From contig NC_043005.1 in NCBI RefSeq assembly GCF_006345805.1, positions 11,718,001-11,782,000 of the forward strand: a stretch of DNA of 64,000 bases. Direction: 5' to 3'. Under the pieces are notes generated by a model. That model made no database searches and was not told the origin of the DNA. It was given only the letters and a program-made list of their open reading frames with translations. The translations under genes were made by a program, and so were the position numbers. Source of the DNA: Octopus sinensis. Lineage: Eukaryota. Shown one piece after another: positions 1 through 12,601 of this stretch. The first letter of the stretch is position 1; each line of letters begins with the position of its first letter.

Positions 1-300
1 TTATAAATGAGCCTTTAGAGTACTTTCCTGGGTATTTACAGAAGCATAATACTACGTGAAATTTCGCACACTTTTAAAATTTCTCTTTCTTGGTAGTTTC
101 ACCAATTTTCTTTTCCACCGTGTGAGCGCTTCCATTCATAATTATTTTTGGTGCAAGCAAACTTGTCGGGATTCACTGCGGGTCACCTACTTCGTAGTAA
201 AGTCTGCTCTAGTAGTAATTTGTTTTCAATGAACATATTTTAATCACTGAAAAATGCCGACTTCACCAGAAATGGTCGAAGAGAAATCTGTTCCTGGAAA

Positions 301-436
301 GGGGGCGAGTTGTCAGAAACATTAGCACGCTGGGCGAAATGCTTAGCGGTATTTCGTCAACCGTTACGTTGAGTTCAAATTCCGCCGAGGTCGATTTTCC
401 CTTTCATCCTTTCGGGGTGGATAAATTAAGTACCAG
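301..436 (+). mobile_element. tRNA-derived SINE family A, 3'-truncated copy
   Basis: Head ggcgagttgtcagaaacattagcacgctgggcgaaatgcttagcgg and body gagttcaaattccgccgaggtcga..tttcatcctttcgggg match longer copies at 12602, 18591 and 47563. Confidence 0.8.
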
Positions 437-456
437 TGAAGAAAGCACTATTGTTA

Positions 457-479
457 TAACAATAATAATAATAATAATG

Positions 480-522
<43 letters not shown>

Positions 523-545
523 TAACTCTGAAATTTTTAGACAAG

Positions 546-596
<51 letters not shown>

Positions 597-621
597 TATT
601 ATTATTATTATTATATTATTA
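457..621. repeat. (AAT)n/(ATT)n microsatellites
   Basis: Direct reading. Confidence 0.95.
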
Positions 622-642
622 TCGTTAATGCAACCAGCTAAT

Positions 643-752
643 GGAAACGTTAGCATGCTAGGCGAATGCTTAGCGGCATTTCGTCCGTCTCTACGTTCTG
701 AGATCAAATGCCACCGAAGACGACATTGACTTTCATCTTATCGGGGACGATA
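643..752 (+). mobile_element. SINE family A, diverged partial copy
   Basis: gaaacgttagcatgctaggcgaatgcttagcggcatttcgtc...ctttcatcttatcgggg aligns to the family A head and body. Confidence 0.65.
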
Positions 753-1036
753 GAGTAGGGGCATTTGAACTCTGGAAGTGATGTTATCGAATAGCGCCAC
801 CTCTGAAAATAACTGGTCTTGTGTTATAGTTTGTTATTATTATATTCATCGTGATTTAAGCAGGAGTTCCGTTGCCTGTACATTGGGCCCTTAGAAGAGG
901 GCTCAATAAGTGTTAAACGCTTTGCTTAAGTTAGCGTGGCGATTACGAAATGTTAACATCTGTTTTATAAATATATTTTGTGTGGGGTGGGCTAAGATGT
1001 TTTTGTATGTGTGTGCGTGTACACATTCATGCAAAG

Positions 1037-1075
<39 letters not shown>

Positions 1076-1123
1076 ATATATATCTTTGCATGAATGTGTA
1101 CACGCACGCTCATACAAAAACAT

Positions 1124-1204
<81 letters not shown>

Positions 1205-1234
1205 AATAAATATATATATATAAATAAATAAATA

Positions 1235-1271
<37 letters not shown>

Positions 1272-1405
1272 GAATAGAGAGAAAGAGAGAGAGACATAAA
1301 ATCATACCTATATGTATAAATACATGCAAATTTATCTACAAATGTGTGTCTGTGGGTGTGTGTCTATATGTGTGTGCATACATACATATATAAAAATAAA
1401 TGTAA

Positions 1406-1466
<61 letters not shown>
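1037..1466. repeat. Compound (TA)n/(GA)n/(TG)n microsatellite
   Basis: Direct reading; source of the many YIYI pseudo-ORFs. Confidence 0.95.
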
Positions 1467-1468
<2 letters not shown>

Positions 1469-2063
1469 AACACACACATTTGCCTCATGTAGACATTTTG
1501 TGCAAGAAAGACATCACTGAAAAAAATCACTGAATGATAAAAGCTGAAGATGAAGTTATCTGTATCTAAGATCTGACAAAAATACTGAGTTTGCAAGAAT
1601 AAATAACCAAAAAAAAAAAAAAGAAAATAAGATAAATGATAACTGAAAAAAGATAACTAAAGATATAAAAAAAAAGAGAAACTTTAAAATGAGGAGAAAA
1701 CACACCAGGGTGCGCTGCGATCAAGCATGCTGTTGACGCGAAGATAACAATTTGTACCTGCTTGCCTACTCCCATAAGTTATGTGCGTAACATATAGCTG
1801 TCTGCTCTGCTGTGTACGCTTTTGCTGGTCGTCAACTGCTGAGAACTTCTTTCATAACACACGTTTCTACTAAGACACCACTACCACTAGCGTTATCACT
1901 ACCATCACTACTACATACCGCACAAAAACGACGGCACACTCATGGCGGACGCACATATTTACACATGTTAATTTGTAGTACTTGTACACGCACACACATA
2001 CATATACACAAATGTATATGCACATATATACACAATATATACACAAAATAAATGATACCAGCG

Positions 2064-2103
<40 letters not shown>

Positions 2104-2358
2104 CGTCCACTCGTGATCGAGGAAGACCATTGTTGACTTTCAGTAACATAGTGCGCTATAGGACTAAGTTATATTTTGCAATTGCGGCTCCGTTGGTGGC
2201 TAATCAGCCATGCTCTTGACAAGGATACACGACTGCAAACATTGCAGACCAAGCTTTCCCCATTCACAATACGAGCCGTGCGCTTTCGCGGAGCACGCTT
2301 CTGTTCTTTAAATTGCTAAGTCACCCATTATATATATATATATAATATATATATATAT

Positions 2359-2580
2359 TAATGGAGTTAAACGCAGGTGTTATTCAAATTCTTTTACTTC
2401 CGACACATGTTTCGAAGATATCACTGGTAATATTCCAAAGGAATAAAATGGTGTAAATCAATGTAATCTTCTCTTCAGGGAAGTGAAGAAATGAAACTCG
2501 TCAATACGACATTTTAACAGAAAATGATGGTAACTATTTATATCTTATTCCGTGTTAATTGTTAACAAGGGAAAATTACA
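2359..2580 (-). mobile_element. Non-coding PLE pLTR-like or retrozyme fragment carrying a hammerhead, between (TA)n tracts
   Basis: Contains the hammerhead at 2396-2484; bounded by (TA)n at 2328-2358 and (CT)n(TA)n at 2582-2611. Confidence 0.55.
2396..2484 (-). ncRNA. Type I hammerhead ribozyme HHR-1
   Basis: Minus strand: ACTTCC-CTGAAGA-GAAGAT[46 nt]ATCTTC-GAAAC-ATGT-GTC/GGAAGT. 6-bp helix I, 6-bp helix II, self-complementary helix III, GUC cleavage triplet, all core nucleotides present. Confidence 0.85.
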
Positions 2581-2611
2581 CATCTCTCTCTCTCTCTTTA
2601 TATATATATAT

Positions 2612-2929
2612 GAGACCCCCTTCGGTCACGACACAAACCATAGGATTGCCCCTAGAAAGTTACCCTCCCAGGCACAAGTCCGGGTAAGGTTGTTTATGGA
2701 AGACTAGCAGTTGCCCTTGTATACTGGTCTCCCCTATCCACGCCACCAGTGTTATCCAAGGGAAAGGCAAATCCCGACACAGCTTGGCACCTATGACGTT
2801 GCAACTCATTTCTACAACGTGAAATAAAGTGACTTGCTCAAGAACACAACACGCAGCCCGGTCCGGGATTCGAGCTCACAACCTCACGATTGTAAGCTCG
2901 ACACTCTAACCACTGAGCCATGCACCTTC
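2612..2929 (-). mobile_element. tRNA-derived SINE family E (CORE-like body)
   Basis: Minus-strand head gaaggtgcatggctcagtggttagagtgtcgagcttacaatcgtgaggttgtgagctcgaatccc with A- and B-box-like motifs; second copy at 10724-11060. Confidence 0.8.
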
Positions 2930-2958
2930 GCAGTATATATATATATATATATATATAC

Positions 2959-3061
<103 letters not shown>

Positions 3062-3075
3062 GTATATGTATATAA

Positions 3076-3517
3076 AATTAAATGGGTGAGGTGACTTAGC
3101 AATTTGAAACTAAAGGCAAAATAAAGAAAGAATCCAAAAGTGACGGAGAGTACTCACCAGTACCAGCTCTTGCTAGAAACAAGAGTTAAAACAACTCAAT
3201 AGCCACAAAGCACTGTTCTTAATGAGTGGCAAAAAGAGGTATGCTTCCAGCGTACATAGTCGGATCGTTCAATTCCGGATTTTGATGCATAGCATCTTAA
3301 TCCACGTCAGCTTTCTTAAATTCTAGGGTTAAACTCAACTAACCCTGTCAATCTTATAAGATATACCGTTGAAAAACTATACAGATTTTCAAAACGGTAA
3401 AAGTGCAAACAACGAATTAAATGGGTGGCTTATTAGGCAAAACTGGTAGGGGTCACAAAAGTGACGGAGGGTACTGACCAGCACCAGCTATTGCTAGAAA
3501 CAACTCAAAAGCCACAA
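3076..3517. repeat. Diverged partial tandem repeat (period about 321-340 bp) with a possible hammerhead relic
   Basis: caaaagtgacggag..tact.accag.accagct.ttgctagaaacaa...agccacaa at 3135 and 3456; aattaaatgggtg at about 3076 and 3416. Confidence 0.6.
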
Positions 3518-3532
3518 TACATACATGCATAA

Positions 3533-3578
<46 letters not shown>

Positions 3579-3667
3579 ATCTGTGAGTATGTATATATAT
3601 ATATAATATATATATATACGTATGTATGTATGTATATATAAATATACACACACGCATAGACGCGCAG

Positions 3668-3699
<32 letters not shown>

Positions 3700-4091
3700 G
3701 GATATAAACATATATATTACTATTTACTTAAACACAAACTAGCAGAATTAGAAAATATCTACGTATAGATGCGTCGTATGAGTGTGTGAGCGTGAGCGTG
3801 TGTGTGCGTGTGCGTGTGTGTGTCTGTGTGTGTGTGTGTGTGAATGTATGAATCTGAGCGTATGTATGCATACATGTGTATAAATATTTGCACGCGCACA
3901 CACATGAACACGGACACACAGATACATACATATACAAATTTTCACAAGAAATCACACATTTGGATGTGTTTACGTATGTAACCTTAAAGGCATATCCGTC
4001 AAATTACGTTTAAACACACACGAAGGTGTGTGTGTGTGTGTGTGCATGCAGGCATGTATATACACACACACGTATTATATATATATACATT

Positions 4092-4126
<35 letters not shown>

Positions 4127-4748
4127 TTATATATACGTGCATATAATATACATGCATAGGTATGTTTGCTTGCGCACATTTTCAATAACAAACTTACTAT
4201 ATTAAAATGTGTGTATTTGTATGTCTTTGTATGCAGGTGTATAGGCTTGGGAGTGTATGTATATCCCTACAACAACATATATTTTACAATTTCTTTTATT
4301 TTTTTGAGATGCTTGTAGTGTCAAGCTGTCTTAAATATCGCTAAATGACGAGATAACATTGGTGGTGAGAGAGAAAAAGATATATTTAGGCAGAAAAAGA
4401 AAATAACTGTTTGCAAAATATAAGCAAACGCCCGAACTAATAACGAAAAAATATATTTCATGGAAGTTCCTTCGAAACAAAAATAACATGACAGGAAATT
4501 TAACTAAGGTGAAAAGGGAGTATATTCTCGGAGCCAGCAGCACTTTAACACTCAGAACGTTCTTGTTGGCGAGAAGAACCATGTGTCCAATTAAGGTTCT
4601 CACTCCGAAAACTAAACATTTTTGGGTAAAACGCAACGTGAGAGTATTTATGAAGACGGCAATATTTTTAGCGTACCAAACAGCGTTCTATATAACGCGT
4701 ATATATTCATGGGTAAATATATACAAGCACAAAAGTACAGACAAATAA

Positions 4749-4793
<45 letters not shown>

Positions 4794-5059
4794 GAAATAA
4801 CCTGAATTAAGCAATTCAAAAGATATAATTACGAAACGCGCGTAGTCAATTTAATGTTTATTTAATTTATTGGTTTTTAAAAATAATATTTATTATAGCA
4901 TATTTAATTTTTTTCTATTTAATATAGATAATGTCTTTCACTATTGAATTGCTTAATAGAGGTTATTTCTCTTAGTTATATACACGTATTATATATTGTG
5001 AAAATTAATTTAGAATTGCTAAATTTCATTCCTCCCTGTAAGTTTGGAATTATATTCCC

Positions 5060-5135
<76 letters not shown>

Positions 5136-5177
5136 TATATCTGTAAATATATTATGTGAAAATTATTCTGTAGCCAT

Positions 5178-5238
5178 GATAAAATTCCGAGTTTCGTATG
5201 TCGGAGCGGAAACCCTCGCCGGCATCTCTTCAGTTATC
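5178..5238 (-). ncRNA. Type I hammerhead ribozyme HHR-2 (one helix III mismatch)
   Basis: Minus strand: GATAA-CTGAAGA-GATGCCGG..CCGACATAC-GAAACTCGGAATT/TTATC. 5-bp helix I, core intact, C15.2 opposite A. Confidence 0.65.
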
Positions 5239-5812
5239 GGGCCATCAAAAATATGCTACGAATATGACCGTTATCTATGATCTATCTATCGAAATATCTT
5301 CTCTATTTGTCTATCTATACTTTCACAATATTTTATCTTTTTCTCCTCTTTCTTGATTGTCCTGAAACTCTCCCTGTCTCTTCCCCACCTACATTTGCTC
5401 CCCCCTCTAAAAAAAACCCAAATTTTTTTCTCTTATATAAAGCAAAACAACAAAAAAGCATCCAATCCATAGAAGGAACAATGAAATGTTCTGTTTTTAT
5501 CATTTTGAATTTGATTTTGTCTTGACGAGTTCGAGAAACGAACGAGAGTTTTCATGTCTCCTCTGAGAAACAAAAATTCGATGCATTACTGAAGAGTCAA
5601 CTGCGTTTTGAAGTTTTCGTAGAGAAAAAGATAGCTGACATGAACAAATAGAAGCCATTTGTATATTGAAAGAGAGCTACCTGCATCCTGATGATTCGCG
5701 CCGGATAAGAAAATGCCGATATTATGAGGTAAACAATTATGTATTATGTAAACAAAGACCAATTGTCTTGCAGTGATGGGAAATAAACACAAAGACACTT
5801 ACTCTCTCTCTT

Positions 5813-5844
<32 letters not shown>

Positions 5845-5885
5845 GCGCACACACATATACACGTGCGCACACACCCACACACATA

Positions 5886-6103
5886 TACGAGTACTGAAAA
5901 GTTCCTGGCTTTGGATAAATGACGATAAACGATAATGATCAGTTAATTATGATTTTGTTCAACATATCCCCTTCTCAGGTTCACACACTTACTGCAGAGG
6001 TCCTTCAGTTTTTTAAGCCCTGTAAAAGGAGTCAGAAAGCTGGACCTCCAACTAGGCCTTTCGCGACATTCTGAAAACCCGGAATTTTTCAGCACACTTC
6101 GTA
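5886..6103. mobile_element. Tc1/mariner-type MITE
   Basis: Imperfect TIRs TA-cgagtactgaaaagttcctggcttt ... aaaacccggaatttttcagcacacttcg-TA, flanked by TA. Confidence 0.7.
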
Positions 6104-6560
6104 CATGCATATATGTATATGCAGATAGATAAATATATATAACAATATATGAGTATGTTTGTTGGTGATTTCATTTAAATTCTAATACAATAGGCATTTT
6201 CATATTAAGCAATCGGCTGCACCATTCGTAATTGTCTGAAGTATTCTGTCTTATATACTTTAAGTTGATAATTGGTTTGTAATCAATTTGGCAACTGACC
6301 AAAATTCTTCGCCATTTCATCACTGCTGTCATAACAAAACTTTCAACATCTTCATTGTTCATAGAGTAATATATGTTTATTTATAATATATATATATATA
6401 TATATATGTTTATTCATATTAACGTTATGTTTATTTACATTAACTTTCAATACATGAATCTTGTATTCAACCAAAAGTTTTCAAAGCAGCTTTTCAGAAG
6501 TTTCCATCGAAGATTTGTACAAAGATCGAATCCAATATTTTTAGTCACATGTAGATCTCT

Positions 6561-6932
6561 TGCACATGACCTTGAAGGTGGGGACAATTAGAATTTTCTT
6601 CACGTTGAGTAGCCCATCCCGCTCAAAAAGTCCCTGATTAAGGGTTGTTTAAGGATGATGAACGAAACGGCCATATTTCCAAGGGGGAATTATTCAAACC
6701 CCAATGAATTGAGCCCCCCACCCACTACTTCAGCTCGTTATCAGATATATACATATCGTCAGCCACTAAGGGACATACTCATCTGGTTAAAGTCAAACAA
6801 CTGACAAGCAAATGTGTAGTATTGATCAGAATATTTGCTATAGCCCATCTAAGACAACACATGTACATGATAACACTTTCAATCAATTAAGATGATAAGA
6901 CATGAGAGCCAGTGCCTGACACTGCATCAGGG
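6561..6932 (-). mobile_element. Non-coding (AAT)n-associated interspersed repeat (family F), 3'-truncated
   Basis: Reverse complement aligns to 25300-25695; starts at gccctgatgcag..caggcactggctctcatg. Confidence 0.75.
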
Positions 6933-6971
6933 CATTACTATCATAATTATTGTTGTTGTTGTTGTTGTTGT

Positions 6972-7025
6972 TGAGTGAGAGAGGAATGTATGCATGCCAT
7001 CAAAGTGACCCTGGGGCACAAATAT
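6972..7025 (-). mobile_element. 3' end of another family F copy
   Basis: Reverse complement gtcactttgatggcatgca...ctctctcactc-(aac)n matches 25818-25851. Confidence 0.65.
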
Positions 7026-7154
7026 AACCACCATGACTACTCGCTGTCGACAAAATTTTAGGCTTGTGCTTATGGTAGAAAGGGATTGCCACTATTATTA
7101 TTATTATTATTATTATTATCATTATCATCATCATCATCGTCACCATCGTCGTCG

Positions 7155-7185
<31 letters not shown>

Positions 7186-7861
7186 TATTATTATAATTAT
7201 TATTATTTGCAGTAGTAGTAGTTATAGTAGTAATAATGGTGGTGGTGGTGGTGGAGTTAGTAGTGATTTTTGTAAGCAGAAACGGTTGAATGCTGGACTT
7301 AGTAGTTTCCTCCATTTCAGTTAAGCTGTTCAAAGATTAACTGCGCTTATGCTCAGGTATGTGTGACTAATAAATAAAACACTACCAGTGATGTACTCGG
7401 GGGATTCAAAAATCATCGCTACTTATCCTCTACGATATATAGCTTGTGTTACATATTATTTGGTCTTATATGTTAGCCTCAGATCAGCAGTGACTAAAGG
7501 GAAATATGTTCAAAGCTTTTCCAACTGTGGCTGCGACCTTTCTCTCTTTCATTTCATATCATACCACTTGTCCCTACTACATATTAAGATGGTCAATTCT
7601 GACTGAAAGACATTTTGCTGCTAGAGAATGTATAGTTTATCATTATTATCATTATTATTATTGTTGTTGTTGTTATTTTACTATCTTATGATTCTCATTA
7701 TAGTATTTCATGATGTTCCTGAGTTCTGAATGTTAATATCGACTCTGTGACCAGGGAGATCTTATGGATTCTAAAACGATTAATCACAGCAGAAGCTCTC
7801 CAGCACCAGAAGTGATATATGTATGAATACACATACATACATACATACATACATACATACA

Positions 7862-7933
<72 letters not shown>

Positions 7934-8749
7934 CATATACATGCATTCAAACTTACATACACATAAATATGTATGTTTGTATGTATGTATGTTTGTATGT
8001 ATATGTGTATCATTTGCTTCTGACATCTTGCTTGTGCTATTGTACCTTTCATAGCCAATATTTGACATAGCAATCTGTCAAACTGCCTATCCAGTACAAT
8101 ACACTTTAACACTATCCACGCTCTTTATTGCCTAGGCACTATCAATCAGACAACACTGCTTGCATATTTGTTAAGTTCCTTTCATTCTTTCACTTCAACG
8201 TTCAATTGTAAAAGAAATGCGATTTTTCATTTTCGATACAGTCTATTTTCATTTAATTCATTCTTCAATATCCAAAATGGCAAAAATTGTCACATAATCA
8301 AAATGTTCAATCTCCGTTGCCAGAAGATGCTCTTATTTGTTACATGGAAATAAAGAGAAACTATGTTATTATTTGGCGATTTGTTTCCAACTGATTGCAA
8401 ATATGTCCTTTGTTGCAACATTCAGACTTTACATGTGTTATAAATATGCTGACGTTGTCTGCTGTATTCATGACTTACTCAATACTCATACAACAATAAT
8501 TTCTTATATAAGTGTAATATCATATTTATAGCTGACAGGAATCAAATTAGCGGGGTGGTTTTCTTAATAATGATAATAATAATTCTTTGTAATTTTGGCG
8601 AAATACCAGAAACTTTGATGGGAGGGGCAAGTGGATTTACATTGACACCATTGCTTTACTGCGGATTATTTTATCGACCGACGAAACGATGTGAGGCAAA
8701 TTCATCCTCGGCGGAATTTGAACTCAGAACATGATGAATGATGATGAAA

Positions 8750-9126
8750 GCACTCCGTCGGTTACGACGACGAGGGTTCCGGTTGATCCGCATCAACGGA
8801 ACAGCCTGCTCGTGAAATTAACGTGTAAGTGACTGAGCACTCCACAGACACGTGCACCCTTAACGTAGTTCTCGGGGATATTCAGCGTGACACAGAGAGT
8901 GACAAGGCCGGCCCTTTGAAATACAGGTACAACAGAAACAGGAAGTAAGAGTGAGAGAAAGTTGTGTGAAAGAGTACAGCAGGGATCACCACCATCCCTG
9001 CCGGAGCCTCGTGGAGCTTTAGGTGTTTTCGCTCAATAAACACTCACAACGCCCGGTCTGGGAATCGAAACCGCGATCCTACGACCGCGAGTCCGCTGCC
9101 CTAATCACTGGGCCATTGCGCCTCCA
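8750..9126 (-). mobile_element. tRNA-derived SINE family B, full length
   Basis: Minus-strand head tggaggcgcaatggcccagtgattagggcagcggactcgcggtcgtaggatcgcggtttcgattccc; copies at 10032-10420 and 46545-46920. Confidence 0.85.
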
Positions 9127-9127
9127 C

Positions 9128-9395
9128 TGTCTTCTGCTATAGCCTTAAGCCAACCAAAGCCTTGTGAATAAATCAGGTTGACACAAAGTGAAAGAAGCTC
9201 ACTGTGTGTGTGTGTGTACATGTACTTATGTTTTGATATCATGTGATAACTGTAAACGAGTGTCATTGTCATACAAGTGGTGTCCTTTTGTTCCAATCTT
9301 CAATGAAAATATGTCAGCTACAGACAAATAATATCTTGCTTGGAAACAAGTAAAGGTTGGTGGCAGGAAAGACATCCAGCTGTAGAAAATTGGTC
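9128..9395 (+). mobile_element. Diverged headless SINE fragment (family C-related body, different tail)
   Basis: tgtcttctgctatagcc..ccaaccaaagccttgtga shared with family C; tail ggttggtggcaggaaagacatccagctgtagaaa. Confidence 0.5.
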
Positions 9396-10031
9396 GTTAA
9401 AAGGATGATGATCATTATTACTACTGACAGACAATATTCTTCTACTCAAATGTAAGGAATGTAACCCAGTTGAAAAATTGAGAAATTATTGTGCTTAATT
9501 TGCATACTCAAAATTTGAATATATAATTAGCAAATGGGCATATCTGAGATTTCAAAATATGCAAATTTGCATATTTAATTAGTAATTAAGTTGCTTGTTG
9601 TTCTAAAAGAAACTGCTTAGCAGAAATAATCAGTATTAGTTTGATTATGTGTCGCTAATAGAATTTGAGGTATTTCATTCAAGCATATTAAAATAGCTGA
9701 ACTTTTAAGTCACTTTTCAAGCGTCTTAACATTTGCAGGTAAAATTTTTTTGCTGGAATCCATATTTTTAAGAGTCTGCAGCACAAAACATGCAATAAAT
9801 ATTATGTTTCATTTGCTTTAAAAACCCCAAACCTTGTGGAAAGTAATCCTGATTTGGTTGATTTTCTTAGTCAATTTATGTACCATGCTTGATAAAAAAA
9901 GAAAAAAAAAGAAAAAAAAAGGAAAAATACAGAAGTTTTAAAATCATCCCACCAGAACATATGTAGACAGAAAAAATTCTGAAAAGCATTTTTTCCGGTA
10001 CCCTAAAAATTCTGCCAGTTCGCTACCTTAA

Positions 10032-10420
10032 CTTTTTTTAATCTGGCACTCCGTCGGTTACGATGACGAGAGCCCCAGTTGATCTGATCAACGGAACAGC
10101 CTGCTCATGAAATTAACGTGCAAGTAGCTGAGCACTCCACAGACACGTGTACCCTGAACGTTGTTCTCGGGGAGATTCAGCGTGACGCAGAGTGTGACAA
10201 GACTGGCACTTTGAAATATTGGTACAACAGAAACAGGCTGGAGTGAGAGAAAGTTGTGGTGAAAGAGTACAGCAGGGTTCACCACCACTCCCTGCCGGAG
10301 CCTTGTGGAGCTTTAGGTATTTTCGCTGAATAAACACTTGCCATGACCGGTCTGGGAATCGAAACTGCGATCCTACGAGCGCGAGTCAACTGCCTTAACC
10401 ACTAGGCCATTGCGCCTCCA
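10032..10420 (-). mobile_element. SINE family B with 11-bp target-site duplication
   Basis: Flanked by an identical cgctaccttaa at 10021-10031 and 10421-10431. Confidence 0.88.
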
Positions 10421-10723
10421 CGCTACCTTAATAACGATGATATAAATGGCAATAATAATAGTTACATTTACAGATAATAACAATAATAATCCTTTCTAAT
10501 ATAGGCACAATGACTGTAAGCTTGGCAGTTAGGGATCAGTCCTTAAAATCGTCCCTAGTGTGTAACTGTACTTATTTCATCTACCTCGAAAAGTTGAAAG
10601 GCAAAGTTGACCTCTGCGAAATTTGAGCTCAGAACATAGGAACCGACGGAGTATTGTTAAGCTCGGCGTCCTAACAATTCTGCCAGCTCACCGACTAAAT
10701 AATATTAATGGGAGAATATATGG

Positions 10724-11060
10724 GAGACCCCTTCGGTCATGAATCACCATGAGATTGCACCTAGAAAGTTACCTTCCGAGGTACACGTCCGTGCAAGGTT
10801 ACTTATGAAAGGCCAGCAGTCATCCATGCATACTAGCCTCTCCTATCCACACACACTGATGTTATCCAAGGGAAAGGAAAAGGGGCCGATACAGCTTGGC
10901 ACCAATGACATCACAACTCATTTCTGCACCTGAGTTAACTGGAGCAACGTGAAAAAAAGTGTCTTGCTCAAGAACACAACACGCAGCCCGGTCCGGGAAT
11001 CGAACTCACAACCTCACGATCGTAAGCTCGACGCTCTAACCACTGAGCCATGCACCTTCA
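10724..11060 (-). mobile_element. SINE family E, full length
   Basis: Aligns end to end with 2612-2929. Confidence 0.82.
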
Positions 11061-11094
11061 CAACAACAACAAAAACAACAACAACAACAACAAC

Positions 11095-11144
<50 letters not shown>

Positions 11145-11146
<2 letters not shown>

Positions 11147-11478
11147 TTTGGCCTTTTTCGTCTATGCAGACGGTCAATTTAGCTTAGAGATCACTTACTC
11201 GAAGATATGAGGGGCTCCCTTTCTTGCAGCTTCTTTCATGGCCGATTCTTCCTATGACTGAAGCGTAGCTTCTGTCACAGTACTTGCATACCAACAGGTT
11301 GGCTCGGCACTTTGCATTTCTTGTTGTTTTGCATTCCGCCGCTGACGCTTTTCAACTTGTTTGCTTCTGTAGCTGCTCTCTAACGAAGCTGTTCCTTCTT
11401 TCACCACAGTCCTCTATGTTGTTCTGTCCTCAGTCCTCTCTTCCGAGGGGCTGACATCCATCTCACACTTGGGCAAAC
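11145..11478 (-). mobile_element. RTE-clade LINE 3' fragment (stop codon and frameshift), with (ATT)n tail
   Basis: Minus translation EDRTT*RTVVKEGTASLE..EKRQRRNAK../CKYCDRSYASVIGRIGHERSC resembles the RTE C-terminus (DRxxWR..EG..E..KRxxRK..CxxC..H); followed by (TTA)n. Confidence 0.75.
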
Positions 11479-11510
11479 TATAATAATAATAATAATAATG
11501 ATAATAATAA

Positions 11511-11558
<48 letters not shown>

Positions 11559-11704
11559 TAATAGTAATAATAATAAAAAAATATTAATAATAATAATAAC
11601 AATAATAATAATAATAATAAAAATTAAAATAATAATAATAATAATAAAAATAAAAATAATAATAATAATAACAATAATAATAATAAAATAATAATAATAA
11701 TAAC

Positions 11705-11736
<32 letters not shown>

Positions 11737-11905
11737 TAATAATAATAATAATAATAATGATAACAATAATAATAATAATAATGATAAATACAATAATAAT
11801 AATAATAATGATAATAATAATAATATAATAATAACAATAATAATGATAACAATAATAATAATGATAATAATAATAATAATAATAAAGATAATAATAATAA
11901 TAATG

Positions 11906-11957
<52 letters not shown>
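11479..11957. repeat. Long imperfect (AAT)n tract
   Basis: Direct reading. Confidence 0.95.
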
Positions 11958-11959
<2 letters not shown>

Positions 11960-12169
11960 TTCAGACAAATACATAAGAAAATCACCAGGACTTACAAATA
12001 TATATAACATACAGAAAATTGCACTACTGGGCACCGCACACATCCTACGCAGAACACTTTCCATACAATAACCATCAGAGCATCACAACAAAATCACAGC
12101 ACATACCCAAGGCACACAGAGCTGCGCTCGGTAGTGAAGTGAAAGCGCGCTATAAAAATAAAACTACTG
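11958..12169 (+). mobile_element. R4/Dong-clade LINE extreme 3' fragment
   Basis: YSDKYIRKSPGLTNIYNIQKIALLGTAHILRRTLSIQ* plus 3'UTR, near-identical to 22485-22696; (AAT)n on both sides. Confidence 0.85.
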
Positions 12170-12197
12170 AATGATAATAATAATAATAATAATAATA

Positions 12198-12242
<45 letters not shown>

Positions 12243-12601
12243 ATGATAATTACTTTTATTTGCCATTAGGGCGAAGGATAAGGTGGAGGGCAATACAGAG
12301 ACAGACCTAAAGTGTAGGGGTTTACCTATAATGGAATGATAATAAAAAAGAAGAAAACACTATACACGTTATTCATTAAAAGAAGGGGTGTATATATAGT
12401 ATACAACACTAAGGAAAGATGATTTATTGGTAGGAGTTGTCGAAGGCATCGACACTGCTCCTCTACTATTATTTATTTTATCGATCCTGAAAGGATAAAA
12501 GGTAAAGTCGAACTCGGTGTAATTTTATCTCAGAATGTAGAGACAGAGGAAATGCCACTAATGATGGGGCCAGTTCGCGATTAATAATAAGTTAAGGTCA
12601 T

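Noticed and set aside
5689-5725. CTGATGA-TTCG..CGGA-TAA-GAAA
   Set aside because: Extra nucleotides before GAAA, no NUH site and no helix I.
8750-9126. tRNA-like heads of SINE families as tRNA genes
   Set aside because: They lack a complete cloverleaf and continue directly into SINE bodies present in multiple copies.
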